From Ignavibacteriota bacterium (lineage in GTDB: Bacteria; Bacteroidota; Ignavibacteria; UBA10030): a DNA stretch of 64,000 bases. Position 1 is the first letter of the stretch. Each line of letters starts with the position of its first letter. The notes under the pieces were generated by a model, which worked only from the letters and a program-made list of their open reading frames with translations, had not been told where the DNA came from and did not search any database. Of this stretch, positions 31,326 through 40,280 are shown one piece after another. The stretch spans positions 384,001 through 448,000 of the forward strand of contig CAVSHO010000011.1 of the NCBI GenBank assembly GCA_963727825.1, in the 5' to 3' direction. Made by a program: the position numbers and the translations under genes.

Positions 31326-34300
31326 TCAGTCGTCCATGAAATCTCTTTTCTTTTCCCACTCCATTTGTCTTCTCAAGCTTGAAATATGTTTTTCAATCAA
31401 CTGTTTGTGTTCAAGAAGATCAGACTTATTGAAAATTAACAAGAGAGATTCAAAATAGTCAATCTCCTCTTTAAGAACGGGGACATGGCTTCCACTCCAT
31501 GACTTGATACTTGGTTCTAACGAAAGTTTCTCGAAATCCTTGAATCTTTTATTGAATGCAACAAAAAGAGTTATGTACCTTTTTCGTCTCTCCGGTTCAA
31601 ATGAGGCAATTACAAGAAAGATCAATTTCATTACTGCAGAATTTTGATTTTGCTTTTCTATAAGGTCTCCAATGAATTTGTCCTGCCTTTCCTTTATCAA
31701 CTCCATATCCCGTGCATCTTGTCGAAGTACAAAAAAAGTTTCTAGATACGAATCGAATATCATTTCCCTTCTTAGCTCAATCGCAAGGACACAATCCACG
31801 ATTCGAGTTATAACCTTTTCAAAGTCGTTTCGTCGCCACAAAAACGAATAATCATGTGAATCATCGTGTTTACTTAAACATTCCTTTTTATTGTACATCC
31901 AGTGTATATAATCAATCATTATACTGGAGTCGACATCAAGAATCTTGTTGATTGTCGTCCCGTTATAATCTGCATCTGGGTCCACTTCAAGCACACAGAA
32001 GAAAGCCTCCTTTAACAGATCAAAGTGATCTTGATATATTTCAATAATTTTCTTGTTGACTTCTAAGTACGAATTAAAGAGAAGAGAGAGACAAAACCCG
32101 AATCGACGATCTTTTCTCGACTTACGAAGTACCACTCTCGTTATGCGGATAAACAAATGCTTATCAAATTCCCAATACTTGAGTAAGTAATCCAAGTGAT
32201 GAGGTGGTTCATCTCGCATCGCTCTTTTGTATAATCGATAGACCTGTTTTGCCCTACTTCTTGTAACTTCGCTAGGAGGGATCGTTTGGTAGTATGCAAA
32301 CAACCACTTGCGTTGAGTTGAATATGGTACTTTTCGACGAATCCAGAGTACTAAAAGTAATGCAAATCTAACAACTGCATTTGCATTACTAATTGGTAAT
32401 CTAAGAATAGCAAGGACACCGGTCGTATCAAGCACTTTGAAAAGTCTATCCACCAAAACAGGTGAATCCAGGGCGAAGGGGTCACCGTTTGTCAGGTAAT
32501 ATTGAATAACATTTTTATATAGTTCCAAATCACGCTCAGCAAAAGAAATGAGAACTTCGGTAACACCTTCTTTAAATTGGAATTCTCTATTGGTCCCCTT
32601 AACTGTAGCCCATATTTGACTACAACTATCAAAGAATTGCTTATAATCGATCATGATAAATTTGCTAAAATGCTCAGCAATTCGATGCAGTTTCAATTTC
32701 TTGTATTCTTCATATTCCAGATTTAGGTTTCTCATCTCGATATGATCGTCGAAGAGGATCTTAGTCAGTTCGTGAGTTTTATTTGTGAATGTAGATCTCA
32801 GCTTCTGATCGAAGGACACTTTATGATTCTCAAAAAGATCAAGTAGATTGTGGACTAACACACAATCCAAATAGTTATCTGGGTTAAGTTTTGAGACCAC
32901 AAATTGAATTATTTCAGTCGAATCCTTTTCGACAATCTCATCGACAGAAATGGAGTACCCCGAAGAGCTATAATGTTTGAGAGTAATAAGGACTTGAGCA
33001 CGAAGTTCAGGAATGTTGTAAAGTTCGAATAAGTTTTTCCAAATTTCACATCTTAATTCATTGAGTGCAGGCGTTAGCGGTAGTTGAAAATCGATGATAT
33101 TGACTGCGTAGCGATCTGTAGACTCTACTGTATGAAATCGTGTTTGAAGATAATTGGTATATAGGAGGAACTGTAGTTTCGTGAGTATTAAATCTGTGCT
33201 TTTATGTGTTCTCTCCCACAAAGTCTCTACGACGGTTCTCTGCATATAGAAATCACGTAAGTACGACTTTTGTTGAAATCCAAATGCCTCGGTTAATATG
33301 TAATATACTTTTGGCAGGTCAGCAGGACGTTTCTGAAGATAGTCGTAGATAAGAGCCAAGGCAACTTTTAGGTTTTCTTCGCCTGACTGGTTGAACTTTT
33401 TTAGAACACTTAATATTGAAGGCGAATGTATATTTGAGTCTGGCTTGATTTCGTCGTCAGATTGCGGTGTTGCGTCTGGCTCTAAGTTTGATATCGATTC
33501 TTTGATGCAAACAAGAACATCCGTTTCTTTTGCAAACCAGAAAGCCTCACAAAGAGATAGAATCAATTCAGTATTCCCGACAGCATAAAAGTTGTCCCAA
33601 ACGCGATCGATATCTTTTCGCACTTTGTTCATAAGTTGATCGCTATAGAATGCATTCAATACGGGATAGAAGGAGTCATAAAGACGTTCTTTGTGCTTAG
33701 GGAAGTAAGTTATTAAGAGGTCTGCGAAACTCAACGCCCTTTGTTTGAAGAAGCAGAGATAGAATATATACGTCGCAAGAACTTGATCGGAGAAGCGAAC
33801 AACTTCGTTCTCCCATAAGTCAAGAATCTCTGTTTCATGAAGTCTCACCGCATAGTTCCAAAAGGAGTCCTTAGAAAAACCAAATGAAGTTTCAATCGAC
33901 TTCATCATTTCTTGATTGGTTTTATCAATAGATCGAAAGAAAGCCACCAATCCTGCTACGCCTACGATTGAACTGTCGCCAAGATCCTCGATGTCCTTTC
34001 GGATAGAACTGAAGTACTCGTCATAGAGACCAGAAACATCCGTGATGCTATCTAGCCTATTCTCATGACTGGCAACTCTGCCAGCCATAATTGCCAATCG
34101 TGGATTTCCTTTAGCTATATTAGCGATTCGATCAAGATATAGATGATTTTTGATGCCGCACTCATCTTCTACTAATTGTTTGATTTGATCCTTTTCAAAG
34201 TTAGGCAATTCTTTGTACTCGCTACAGCCGTAGACTTTAGAAGCATTTCTCACCTTATTTGCGGCATAATCACGTGTTGTCGCAATCAGTTTAATCCTTC

Positions 34301-35156
34301 TATTTTCGTTCTGCTGATGTAGTAATTGAAGTATATAGTCAAACTTATTAATGCGGTTTGCATCATCCACGAAGATTAGGTAGCATCCTGGTTCAGAGAA
34401 ATGGACTTGAAGGTCGGTGAAGAGATCTGGGCCTCGATTGAAGATACAATACGCGTGGAACTCAGATTGTTCTTTTAGAAACTCTCTACAACATTCGATT
34501 GCAAATCGGGATTTACCCACCCCTGCTTTGCCACCAATGATGACAAGATCACTCGATTTGAGGAGTTTAACTGCTTCTTTAAGCTCATTCTGCCGAAAAT
34601 GGAAAGCAGTATCAAGAGGAGTTGCAAGAACGTTTTTGTTATAAGCTGAAACAAACTCATCAAGGTCTACAATCTGACCAGTGTCTACATCGATCTCAAG
34701 AAATTCTTTTGCAAGTCCAGGATACTTGAAAAGAATGTCATATGAGATGCGACTGGTTTCGAACAGATTGAGGTTGACTTGGTTCTTTTGACATTGTTCT
34801 CGTAGACTATCTATTTCCGATGTATTAAGTGGCGCTGTAAAGCAAAAGACTACTTCAGCTATCTTTGAGATGGAGATACCTGTTTTCGCATCATTAAAGC
34901 ACTTTGTTAAATCGTTGTTTAATTTCTCGTAAAGATTGGTCTGTTGTGTTGTATGTTCAGCAAATATATACTTACCGTTCGGGAGGGATATTAATGTGTC
35001 CGGCGTACTTTTTCGAACCTTGTCCGCTCCGATAAAGGAACCGAGAGAATTTAACTGCTCGTACCCTTTTTTGTAAAGATATGCGTCTGCGAACTTCTGG
35101 AAAGCTGCATCGCCTAACTCAAGTAACTTTTTTTGAATCTGGTTGAGTCTTGACAT
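31326..35156 (-). CDS. Putative restriction-endonuclease-fold plus STAND NTPase protein (anti-phage candidate)
   Basis: N-terminal FQKFADAYL..GY..TPD..FAEHT; Walker A GKAGVGKS; Walker B LIFVDD; ATTR; AKGNPRLA (GxP); long helical C terminus. Confidence 0.7.
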   Translation of the reverse strand: MSRLNQIQKKLLELGDAAFQKFADAYLYKKGYEQLNSLGSFIGADKVRKSTPDTLISLPNGKYIFAEHTTQQTNLYEKLNNDLTKCFNDAKTGISISKIAEVVFCFTAPLNTSEIDSLREQCQKNQVNLNLFETSRISYDILFKYPGLAKEFLEIDVDTGQIVDLDEFVSAYNKNVLATPLDTAFHFRQNELKEAVKLLKSSDLVIIGGKAGVGKSRFAIECCREFLKEQSEFHAYCIFNRGPDLFTDLQVHFSEPGCYLIFVDDANRINKFDYILQLLHQQNENRRIKLIATTRDYAANKVRNASKVYGCSEYKELPNFEKDQIKQLVEDECGIKNHLYLDRIANIAKGNPRLAIMAGRVASHENRLDSITDVSGLYDEYFSSIRKDIEDLGDSSIVGVAGLVAFFRSIDKTNQEMMKSIETSFGFSKDSFWNYAVRLHETEILDLWENEVVRFSDQVLATYIFYLCFFKQRALSFADLLITYFPKHKERLYDSFYPVLNAFYSDQLMNKVRKDIDRVWDNFYAVGNTELILSLCEAFWFAKETDVLVCIKESISNLEPDATPQSDDEIKPDSNIHSPSILSVLKKFNQSGEENLKVALALIYDYLQKRPADLPKVYYILTEAFGFQQKSYLRDFYMQRTVVETLWERTHKSTDLILTKLQFLLYTNYLQTRFHTVESTDRYAVNIIDFQLPLTPALNELRCEIWKNLFELYNIPELRAQVLITLKHYSSSGYSISVDEIVEKDSTEIIQFVVSKLNPDNYLDCVLVHNLLDLFENHKVSFDQKLRSTFTNKTHELTKILFDDHIEMRNLNLEYEEYKKLKLHRIAEHFSKFIMIDYKQFFDSCSQIWATVKGTNREFQFKEGVTEVLISFAERDLELYKNVIQYYLTNGDPFALDSPVLVDRLFKVLDTTGVLAILRLPISNANAVVRFALLLVLWIRRKVPYSTQRKWLFAYYQTIPPSEVTRSRAKQVYRLYKRAMRDEPPHHLDYLLKYWEFDKHLFIRITRVVLRKSRKDRRFGFCLSLLFNSYLEVNKKIIEIYQDHFDLLKEAFFCVLEVDPDADYNGTTINKILDVDSSIMIDYIHWMYNKKECLSKHDDSHDYSFLWRRNDFEKVITRIVDCVLAIELRREMIFDSYLETFFVLRQDARDMELIKERQDKFIGDLIEKQNQNSAVMKLIFLVIASFEPERRKRYITLFVAFNKRFKDFEKLSLEPSIKSWSGSHVPVLKEEIDYFESLLLIFNKSDLLEHKQLIEKHISSLRRQMEWEKKRDFMDD

Positions 35157-35226
35157 AATTCAATAATGGAGATTTAGTTTATCCAACATAACGGTAAGGG
35201 AATGACACTTCCAACCAATCGTCTCA

Positions 35227-35515
35227 TTTGGACGGATTCTAGCCCTGTATAAATATTTTTTTGGTACCAACGAATCTGCATTCATCATACCAAACCTGTT
35301 TTGGGAAATTGAGCGTGAACTTTTGAGATATCCCTATATCTTTACATCTTGTTCAGAGGCAGAGTTGCGTAGTTTTTGTAATCCTGCGAGACTCTAAAAT
35401 AGAATCAAGCTTACGCTTGATACATTCTCAGGCCTCCGGCTGGTTTAATAGTACTTAGTTTTAAAGTTATACACAAGAATAAAACCCATTCACATTATCC
35501 AAATGGGCAGGCGCT
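35227..35515 (-). promoter_or_regulatory. Triplicated promoter plus structured leader, copy 1
   Basis: TTGTGT-N17-TACTAT (35476-35448); hairpin 35260-35294 identical to copy 3. Confidence 0.7.
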
Positions 35516-35549
35516 GCAGTGTTGTGTGTATCTAGCGTTTGCGCTACTT

Positions 35550-36872
35550 TTACTCTTTTGGAATTCCTTTTTGTGTCACTAACCTGTTCAACAATGCCGC
35601 GCAGTTGCCACTCTTATCGTGCTGCGAGACATACATTTGGAATTCATCATACGTGAGTATCTTTCCGAGGAAATCTCTGTACAGGTCCTGCAAAAGAGCC
35701 TTCCACTGGTCATCGCCTAATTGAGTATGTAGCTTGCTGATAACAAGCGGGCCTTTGCCATAAAGGATCAGACCCTTTTCTTTAGTGTTCGGGTAATCGA
35801 CATCAATAATTGGAACATCGTTTTCCTTCCCGGCAAACTTTTCATACTGTTTCACCGGTTCATGCAGCGCTTCATTGAATGCCTCTTCGCCCTTCGAGTG
35901 ACGAACATACATAAGACGGAGATAATGCGGCAGAGAAATAGTAAGGAACCAGAAGCCGGGTTGATGGAACTTTGCGAAAACACCTGCACCTATCCACTGC
36001 TCCGCAATTGTGAGACGAAGACCATCAAAATCTCCCTTTCCCATTCCATTAAGCGAGGCTGAGCCGACCATTAACAGGCCGCTTGAAATATCAATCCCAT
36101 CGAAATAGGGAACTTCAACCAGAGTCAGGCGTTCGTGAGGGTATTTTCCAATGACGTTTGTAAAAAAAGTGAATACATTTTTTGCTTCAGTCAAAATAGA
36201 ATCGATAGAGATGGTATCGGTAGCCGAGGAGTAAATAACAATCTTCTTTCGCAGAACTTCACCGGAATCTTTCTTAAGCGAACTTGATTTGAACACCACC
36301 AATGGCAACTTGAAGATAGGTATCCTGGTTTCCCAGACAAATTGAGAAGCGATGCCTGATTCTTTTATTTCAAGCAAATCGCCTGCCGAAAGGACAGTAT
36401 AATCACGCGGGACTTCGCATCTCAGCCGCATTTTAGCTATCTGATCAGAAATGAGTGGATACCAGCGGCTTCCCCTGTCCAAGAGCAATAAGGAATCGCC
36501 GAGTGGGCTGATCGGGAAGGTGTATTTAAACTCAATCGTGAGTGTATCCGCCTGGCGCATTGTTAACGGAAAGTGCAACTGCAAAGTATCCCTGCCGACA
36601 AATTGAAACGGAATTTCTGACCAGCGGCCGTTTGTGAAAGACCGGACAGCCTGCAACCTGGAATCTGAGTTTAGCAATAATACTGACTGTGAGGTTGTAT
36701 CGGTTTTTTGTATAAGACATGTCGCCGTTATATCGACCTTGTCATCATGTACACCAATTATAGCATCAATATCATACGAAATGATATTGATTCCGTGACC
36801 TTGACTCATCGCAAATTGAGCTATAGAAGCAAGGAGTCCAAAGAGCATTAGTATGGTTCTATGATAATGCAT
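35550..36872 (-). CDS. M1 aminopeptidase-fold secreted protein lacking the HEXXH motif
   Basis: M1-like layout (WYP, GKYP..LTLVE, LYGKG) but LTIAEQWIG where HExxHxW.G is expected. Confidence 0.7.
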   Translation of the reverse strand: MHYHRTILMLFGLLASIAQFAMSQGHGINIISYDIDAIIGVHDDKVDITATCLIQKTDTTSQSVLLLNSDSRLQAVRSFTNGRWSEIPFQFVGRDTLQLHFPLTMRQADTLTIEFKYTFPISPLGDSLLLLDRGSRWYPLISDQIAKMRLRCEVPRDYTVLSAGDLLEIKESGIASQFVWETRIPIFKLPLVVFKSSSLKKDSGEVLRKKIVIYSSATDTISIDSILTEAKNVFTFFTNVIGKYPHERLTLVEVPYFDGIDISSGLLMVGSASLNGMGKGDFDGLRLTIAEQWIGAGVFAKFHQPGFWFLTISLPHYLRLMYVRHSKGEEAFNEALHEPVKQYEKFAGKENDVPIIDVDYPNTKEKGLILYGKGPLVISKLHTQLGDDQWKALLQDLYRDFLGKILTYDEFQMYVSQHDKSGNCAALLNRLVTQKGIPKE

Positions 36873-37060
36873 TACGTTTATTGGGCAGACTCCATCCTTA
36901 CGCAAATATTTCTTTGGTACCCACGAATCTGCATCTTACCAAACCTGTTTTGGAAAGATTGTTTTTGTTAACTGAGGACTTCCAATCATGCAGTGTCAGT
37001 GCCTCCGGCGTCTGCATGCTGGCAGTATGGTAATGAGTTTTCCATTTATCCGCAAGTAAT
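36870..37060 (-). promoter_or_regulatory. Triplicated promoter plus structured leader, copy 2
   Basis: TTGCGG-N17-TACCAT (37055-37027); shortened hairpin 36913-36943. Confidence 0.65.
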
Positions 37061-37147
37061 TGGAAGCAAGATAATGTTGCCAATATTTAAAAAATACTTC
37101 ATTTTTCATGTAACTTTTCCTTATATCGAAGATAGTATAGTATAGAT

Positions 37148-37657
37148 ATGAGCATGAATCTTCTCACGTTCAATCAGTTGTATCACACATATGCAAAGGA
37201 TGTGCACCGGTTTGCGTTCTGGCTGTGCGGCGATACGGATGAGGCGAACGATATTACGCTGGAAACGTTCGAGCGTGCATGGCTTACCGATTCCGAAATA
37301 CGCACCGAGACCGTGAAAGCTTACCTATTCACGATTGCGCGGAATCGCTTTCTGTATAAACAGAAGCGGCATAAACGCCACACATCGCTTAACGAGGCAA
37401 TGCCCGATAACGCAATGGCGTTAGAAACAAGAACAGAGCTTCAATCGGAATTGCAATTTACCTTAGAGGCAATGCAGCAATTGCCGGAGATCGATCGGGC
37501 AGTATTGATTCTGCGAGCTGAAGAGGGATTATCATACGAAGAGATTGCACGCACAACCGGCTTAACAGTTGTCGCAGCAAAAGTAAAAGTGTTTCGCGCG
37601 CGCGCAAAATTAGTTTCTCTATTATCTAAAACCACAACAAGGAATTTCCATGAATGA
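37148..37657 (+). CDS. ECF RNA polymerase sigma factor
   Basis: EANDITLETF, YLFTIARN, LSYEEIA..KVKVFRARAKL; upstream TGTAAC motif near 37109. Confidence 0.9.
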   Translation: MSMNLLTFNQLYHTYAKDVHRFAFWLCGDTDEANDITLETFERAWLTDSEIRTETVKAYLFTIARNRFLYKQKRHKRHTSLNEAMPDNAMALETRTELQSELQFTLEAMQQLPEIDRAVLILRAEEGLSYEEIARTTGLTVVAAKVKVFRARAKLVSLLSKTTTRNFHE

Positions 37658-38567
37658 TGATTTGATTACACAAGAAGTGCCTCAATCTTTTTTTCATCGC
37701 GTCTTCATTGGCAAGCAGGGAATTCGTGCCGGTTGGAGCATTGGCATCTTCTTTCTTCTTATGGGGTTGTTTACTGCAGCCTTCTTTATGCCGACCATAA
37801 CTCTTCTTAAACATTACAATATATCACCAGAGGATATACAGCCTTTGTCGGCTTGCGCTACCGAGTTTGCCGCATTCCTCGGGCTGCTGACCGCCACAAT
37901 GGTCATGTCCCGCATCGAACATAAGCCAATTATTTTTTACGGATTGGAAGGAACGCGTCGCTTTGTGCGATTTCTCTATGGATTATTCTGCGGCGTGATC
38001 GCTCTTTCAATCCTGGTAGGCGTGTTGAATCTCAGCGGTTTGCTTATCTTCGATGGCCAGCAATTGTTCGGTAAAGCAGCAGCCGTATACGCAATAGGTT
38101 GGGGCGTTGGATTCTTTTTAGTCGGCCTCTATGAAGAATACTTAATGCGCGGATACATGATGGTTACATTAACGCGCGGCATTGGATTCTGGTGGAGCGC
38201 CCTTGTTTTTTCCATTCTCTTCGGGTGCATTCACCTTCAAAATCCCGGAGAATCATCGGTGGGAATAATTTCCGCTGCACTCGTCGGTTTTGTTTTCTGC
38301 ATCAGTCTCTGGTACTTAAAAAACCTCTGGTGGGCAATAGGTTTCCATGCCTCATGGGATTGGGCGGAATCTTATCTTTGGGGAACGGCGGACAGCGGAA
38401 GAGTTGTACAGGGACATCTGTTTGCCGTACATCCGCAGGGAAATATTCTTTTGAGCGGCGGCGCAACAGGTCCGGAAGGAAGTTTGCTGATTATACCACT
38501 GCTTCTCATTATAGCCGCATTGATGTGGCTGGCATGGGGACGGAATAAAAATGCCGCCGACAAATAA
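37650..38567 (+). CDS. CPBP/CAAX (Abi) intramembrane metalloprotease
   Basis: EEYLMRGY, FGCIH, WAIGFHASWDW, GPEGS. Confidence 0.88.
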   Translation: MNDDLITQEVPQSFFHRVFIGKQGIRAGWSIGIFFLLMGLFTAAFFMPTITLLKHYNISPEDIQPLSACATEFAAFLGLLTATMVMSRIEHKPIIFYGLEGTRRFVRFLYGLFCGVIALSILVGVLNLSGLLIFDGQQLFGKAAAVYAIGWGVGFFLVGLYEEYLMRGYMMVTLTRGIGFWWSALVFSILFGCIHLQNPGESSVGIISAALVGFVFCISLWYLKNLWWAIGFHASWDWAESYLWGTADSGRVVQGHLFAVHPQGNILLSGGATGPEGSLLIIPLLLIIAALMWLAWGRNKNAADK

Positions 38568-38574
38568 TTTCATA

Positions 38575-38673
38575 ATGCGCGCAATTGACGTAACGATGGC
38601 TGTGAACGTAAAAGCGTTTCGTAAACGAGTAAAATTAGTTTCTTTATTTTCGATACAAGGAGAAGTTGTATGA
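38575..38673 (+). pseudogene. 32-aa remnant homologous to the ECF sigma C terminus
   Basis: MRAIDVTMAVNVKAFRKRVKLVSLFS.. versus sigma ARTTGLTVVAAKVKVFRARAKLVSLLS; its TGA overlaps the anti-sigma ATG. Confidence 0.7.
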
Positions 38674-39083
38674 AGATAACTGAAGAAGTGATGAACGATC
38701 TGCTGCCGCTGTATTTTGCAACCGAATGCAGCAGCGATACAAAGAAGTTGGTGGAAGAATATTTTCAGGAACATCCGGAGTTTGAACAACAATCACGACA
38801 GAATTATAAAGATCCGTTTATCGAAAAAGATGTTCCTTCGCTGACGCCTACTGAAGAAGTGAAAGCATTGAAATCCACGCGGCGATGGATAAAGGTGCGG
38901 TCGTTCGTGCTTGCTTTCGCCATTTTCTTTTCGCTGTGCCCGTTTTCATATTATCATACCGACAACGGGTCAGCTTTTCTATTCCTTGAACATCCATCTG
39001 AGGCGTTGATCTATGTACCGTTTGCAGTGGTATTCTGGTGTATTTATTTCGGCATGAAGCGAAGACTGCGAACGGGACAATAG
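38670..39083 (+). CDS. Putative anti-sigma factor (degenerate zf-HC2-like N terminus, 2 TMs)
   Basis: VMNDLLPLYF..CS.DTKKLVEEY. Confidence 0.7.
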   Translation: MKITEEVMNDLLPLYFATECSSDTKKLVEEYFQEHPEFEQQSRQNYKDPFIEKDVPSLTPTEEVKALKSTRRWIKVRSFVLAFAIFFSLCPFSYYHTDNGSAFLFLEHPSEALIYVPFAVVFWCIYFGMKRRLRTGQ

Positions 39084-39171
39084 TTTAGGATTTTTTAAAT
39101 AAGATTTTTTTTAAACGAAATTGCTTTAACTAAGTCGATCTTATCCCTGCTGCCTAGCAGATGGCAACCAA

Positions 39172-39400
39172 TGTCTGTAATAGTGCATTGCATTTATTGG
39201 ACACACTCTAGCCCTGCAAAAATGGTTCTTTGGTACCAACGAATCTGCATTCATCATACCAAACCAGTTCTAGAAAATTAAACTACGAGTTGCTAAGACA
39301 TCCCTGCTATTATGCCTCCGGCTGGTGTTATGGTACTTGGTTTTACAGTTATCTGCAAGAGTAAAATCTATTTGCCAGATCCCAATGAGCTAGCGGCGGC
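39172..39400 (-). promoter_or_regulatory. Triplicated promoter plus structured leader, copy 3 (no intact downstream gene)
   Basis: TTGCAG-N17-TACCAT (39358-39330); hairpin 39229-39263; ends in ATG CAC TAT TAC AGA, matching the start of 36872. Confidence 0.7.
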
Positions 39401-39611
39401 AAGCCATCAATAGTGAGCTGGTTCAAGGATTCATTATAATAGATATTGCATTTCCGAAATATTCAAAGTACACTCATTCAGTTTCAACGATGTGCTCTAC
39501 CTCAGCTCTATCGTTGTAATGGATGGAACACACCAAAAAAAACGTAACCAATTCCAGAGCGGTAAAAAAAACCTTCATTAATACAATATCATCTACCACA
39601 TATCAAGGAGA

Positions 39612-40280
39612 TTGTCAATTATGAATGCATCACTCAAATTGATTCTCTGGCTGCTTGCCGGCATTCTTTTACCGTTTGCTGCATTTTATTTATTGGGCAG
39701 CACGAATGATCACTGGACGTCTCTCAATATTGCAGGCGTTGTCACATTGATATTCCTTTTTGTTTTTCTCTGTTATTGTATGCGCTCCCCTTTCTCCATT
39801 AAGACCCGCATTACAACCTGGACTATATTTGTTCTTGTCGCTGCTGTCGGTGCGATTGGTTGGAGAGGAATGGAAGGTTTATCGAAGTACCAGCGCAGGA
39901 CATTAATGGAAATACATACGATGATCACCAAAGGTATCCTTCAAGAAGAACTCTATACACCACTGCACAAAACGCTCGCTGCTTATTATGGTCAACCAGG
40001 AAAGAAGAAAGAGACACTCGGGCGAGTATTTCAACGATTGTATCCTAATGGAAAAGTTGGTGAAAATATTCATAATGTTCATCAACAAGATCCAAAGGGA
40101 GACGATAGTCTTCGCGTTGTTGTCGCTGCTATTTCTGACAATGAAATTGGGCTTGTTGGGTACCACTATTATTCCAGAGGCATAAATAAAGATTTTAAAA
40201 ATTACAACGGCCGCTTCGGTTTTGTACAATCTATAGCAGTGATGACGGAGAAGGGAGTGCGCTATGAATCAGAAAACTGA
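39612..40280 (+). CDS. Hypothetical membrane protein (3 TMs plus soluble domain)
   Basis: Hydrophobic N-terminal third; AAGGAGA RBS. Confidence 0.65.
   Translation: MSIMNASLKLILWLLAGILLPFAAFYLLGSTNDHWTSLNIAGVVTLIFLFVFLCYCMRSPFSIKTRITTWTIFVLVAAVGAIGWRGMEGLSKYQRRTLMEIHTMITKGILQEELYTPLHKTLAAYYGQPGKKKETLGRVFQRLYPNGKVGENIHNVHQQDPKGDDSLRVVVAAISDNEIGLVGYHYYSRGINKDFKNYNGRFGFVQSIAVMTEKGVRYESEN

Noticed and set aside
31198-35212. Terminal inverted repeats (tcattccctt / aagggaatga) around the STAND gene
   Set aside because: Only 10 bp match, with no transposase or target duplication; compatible with chance.
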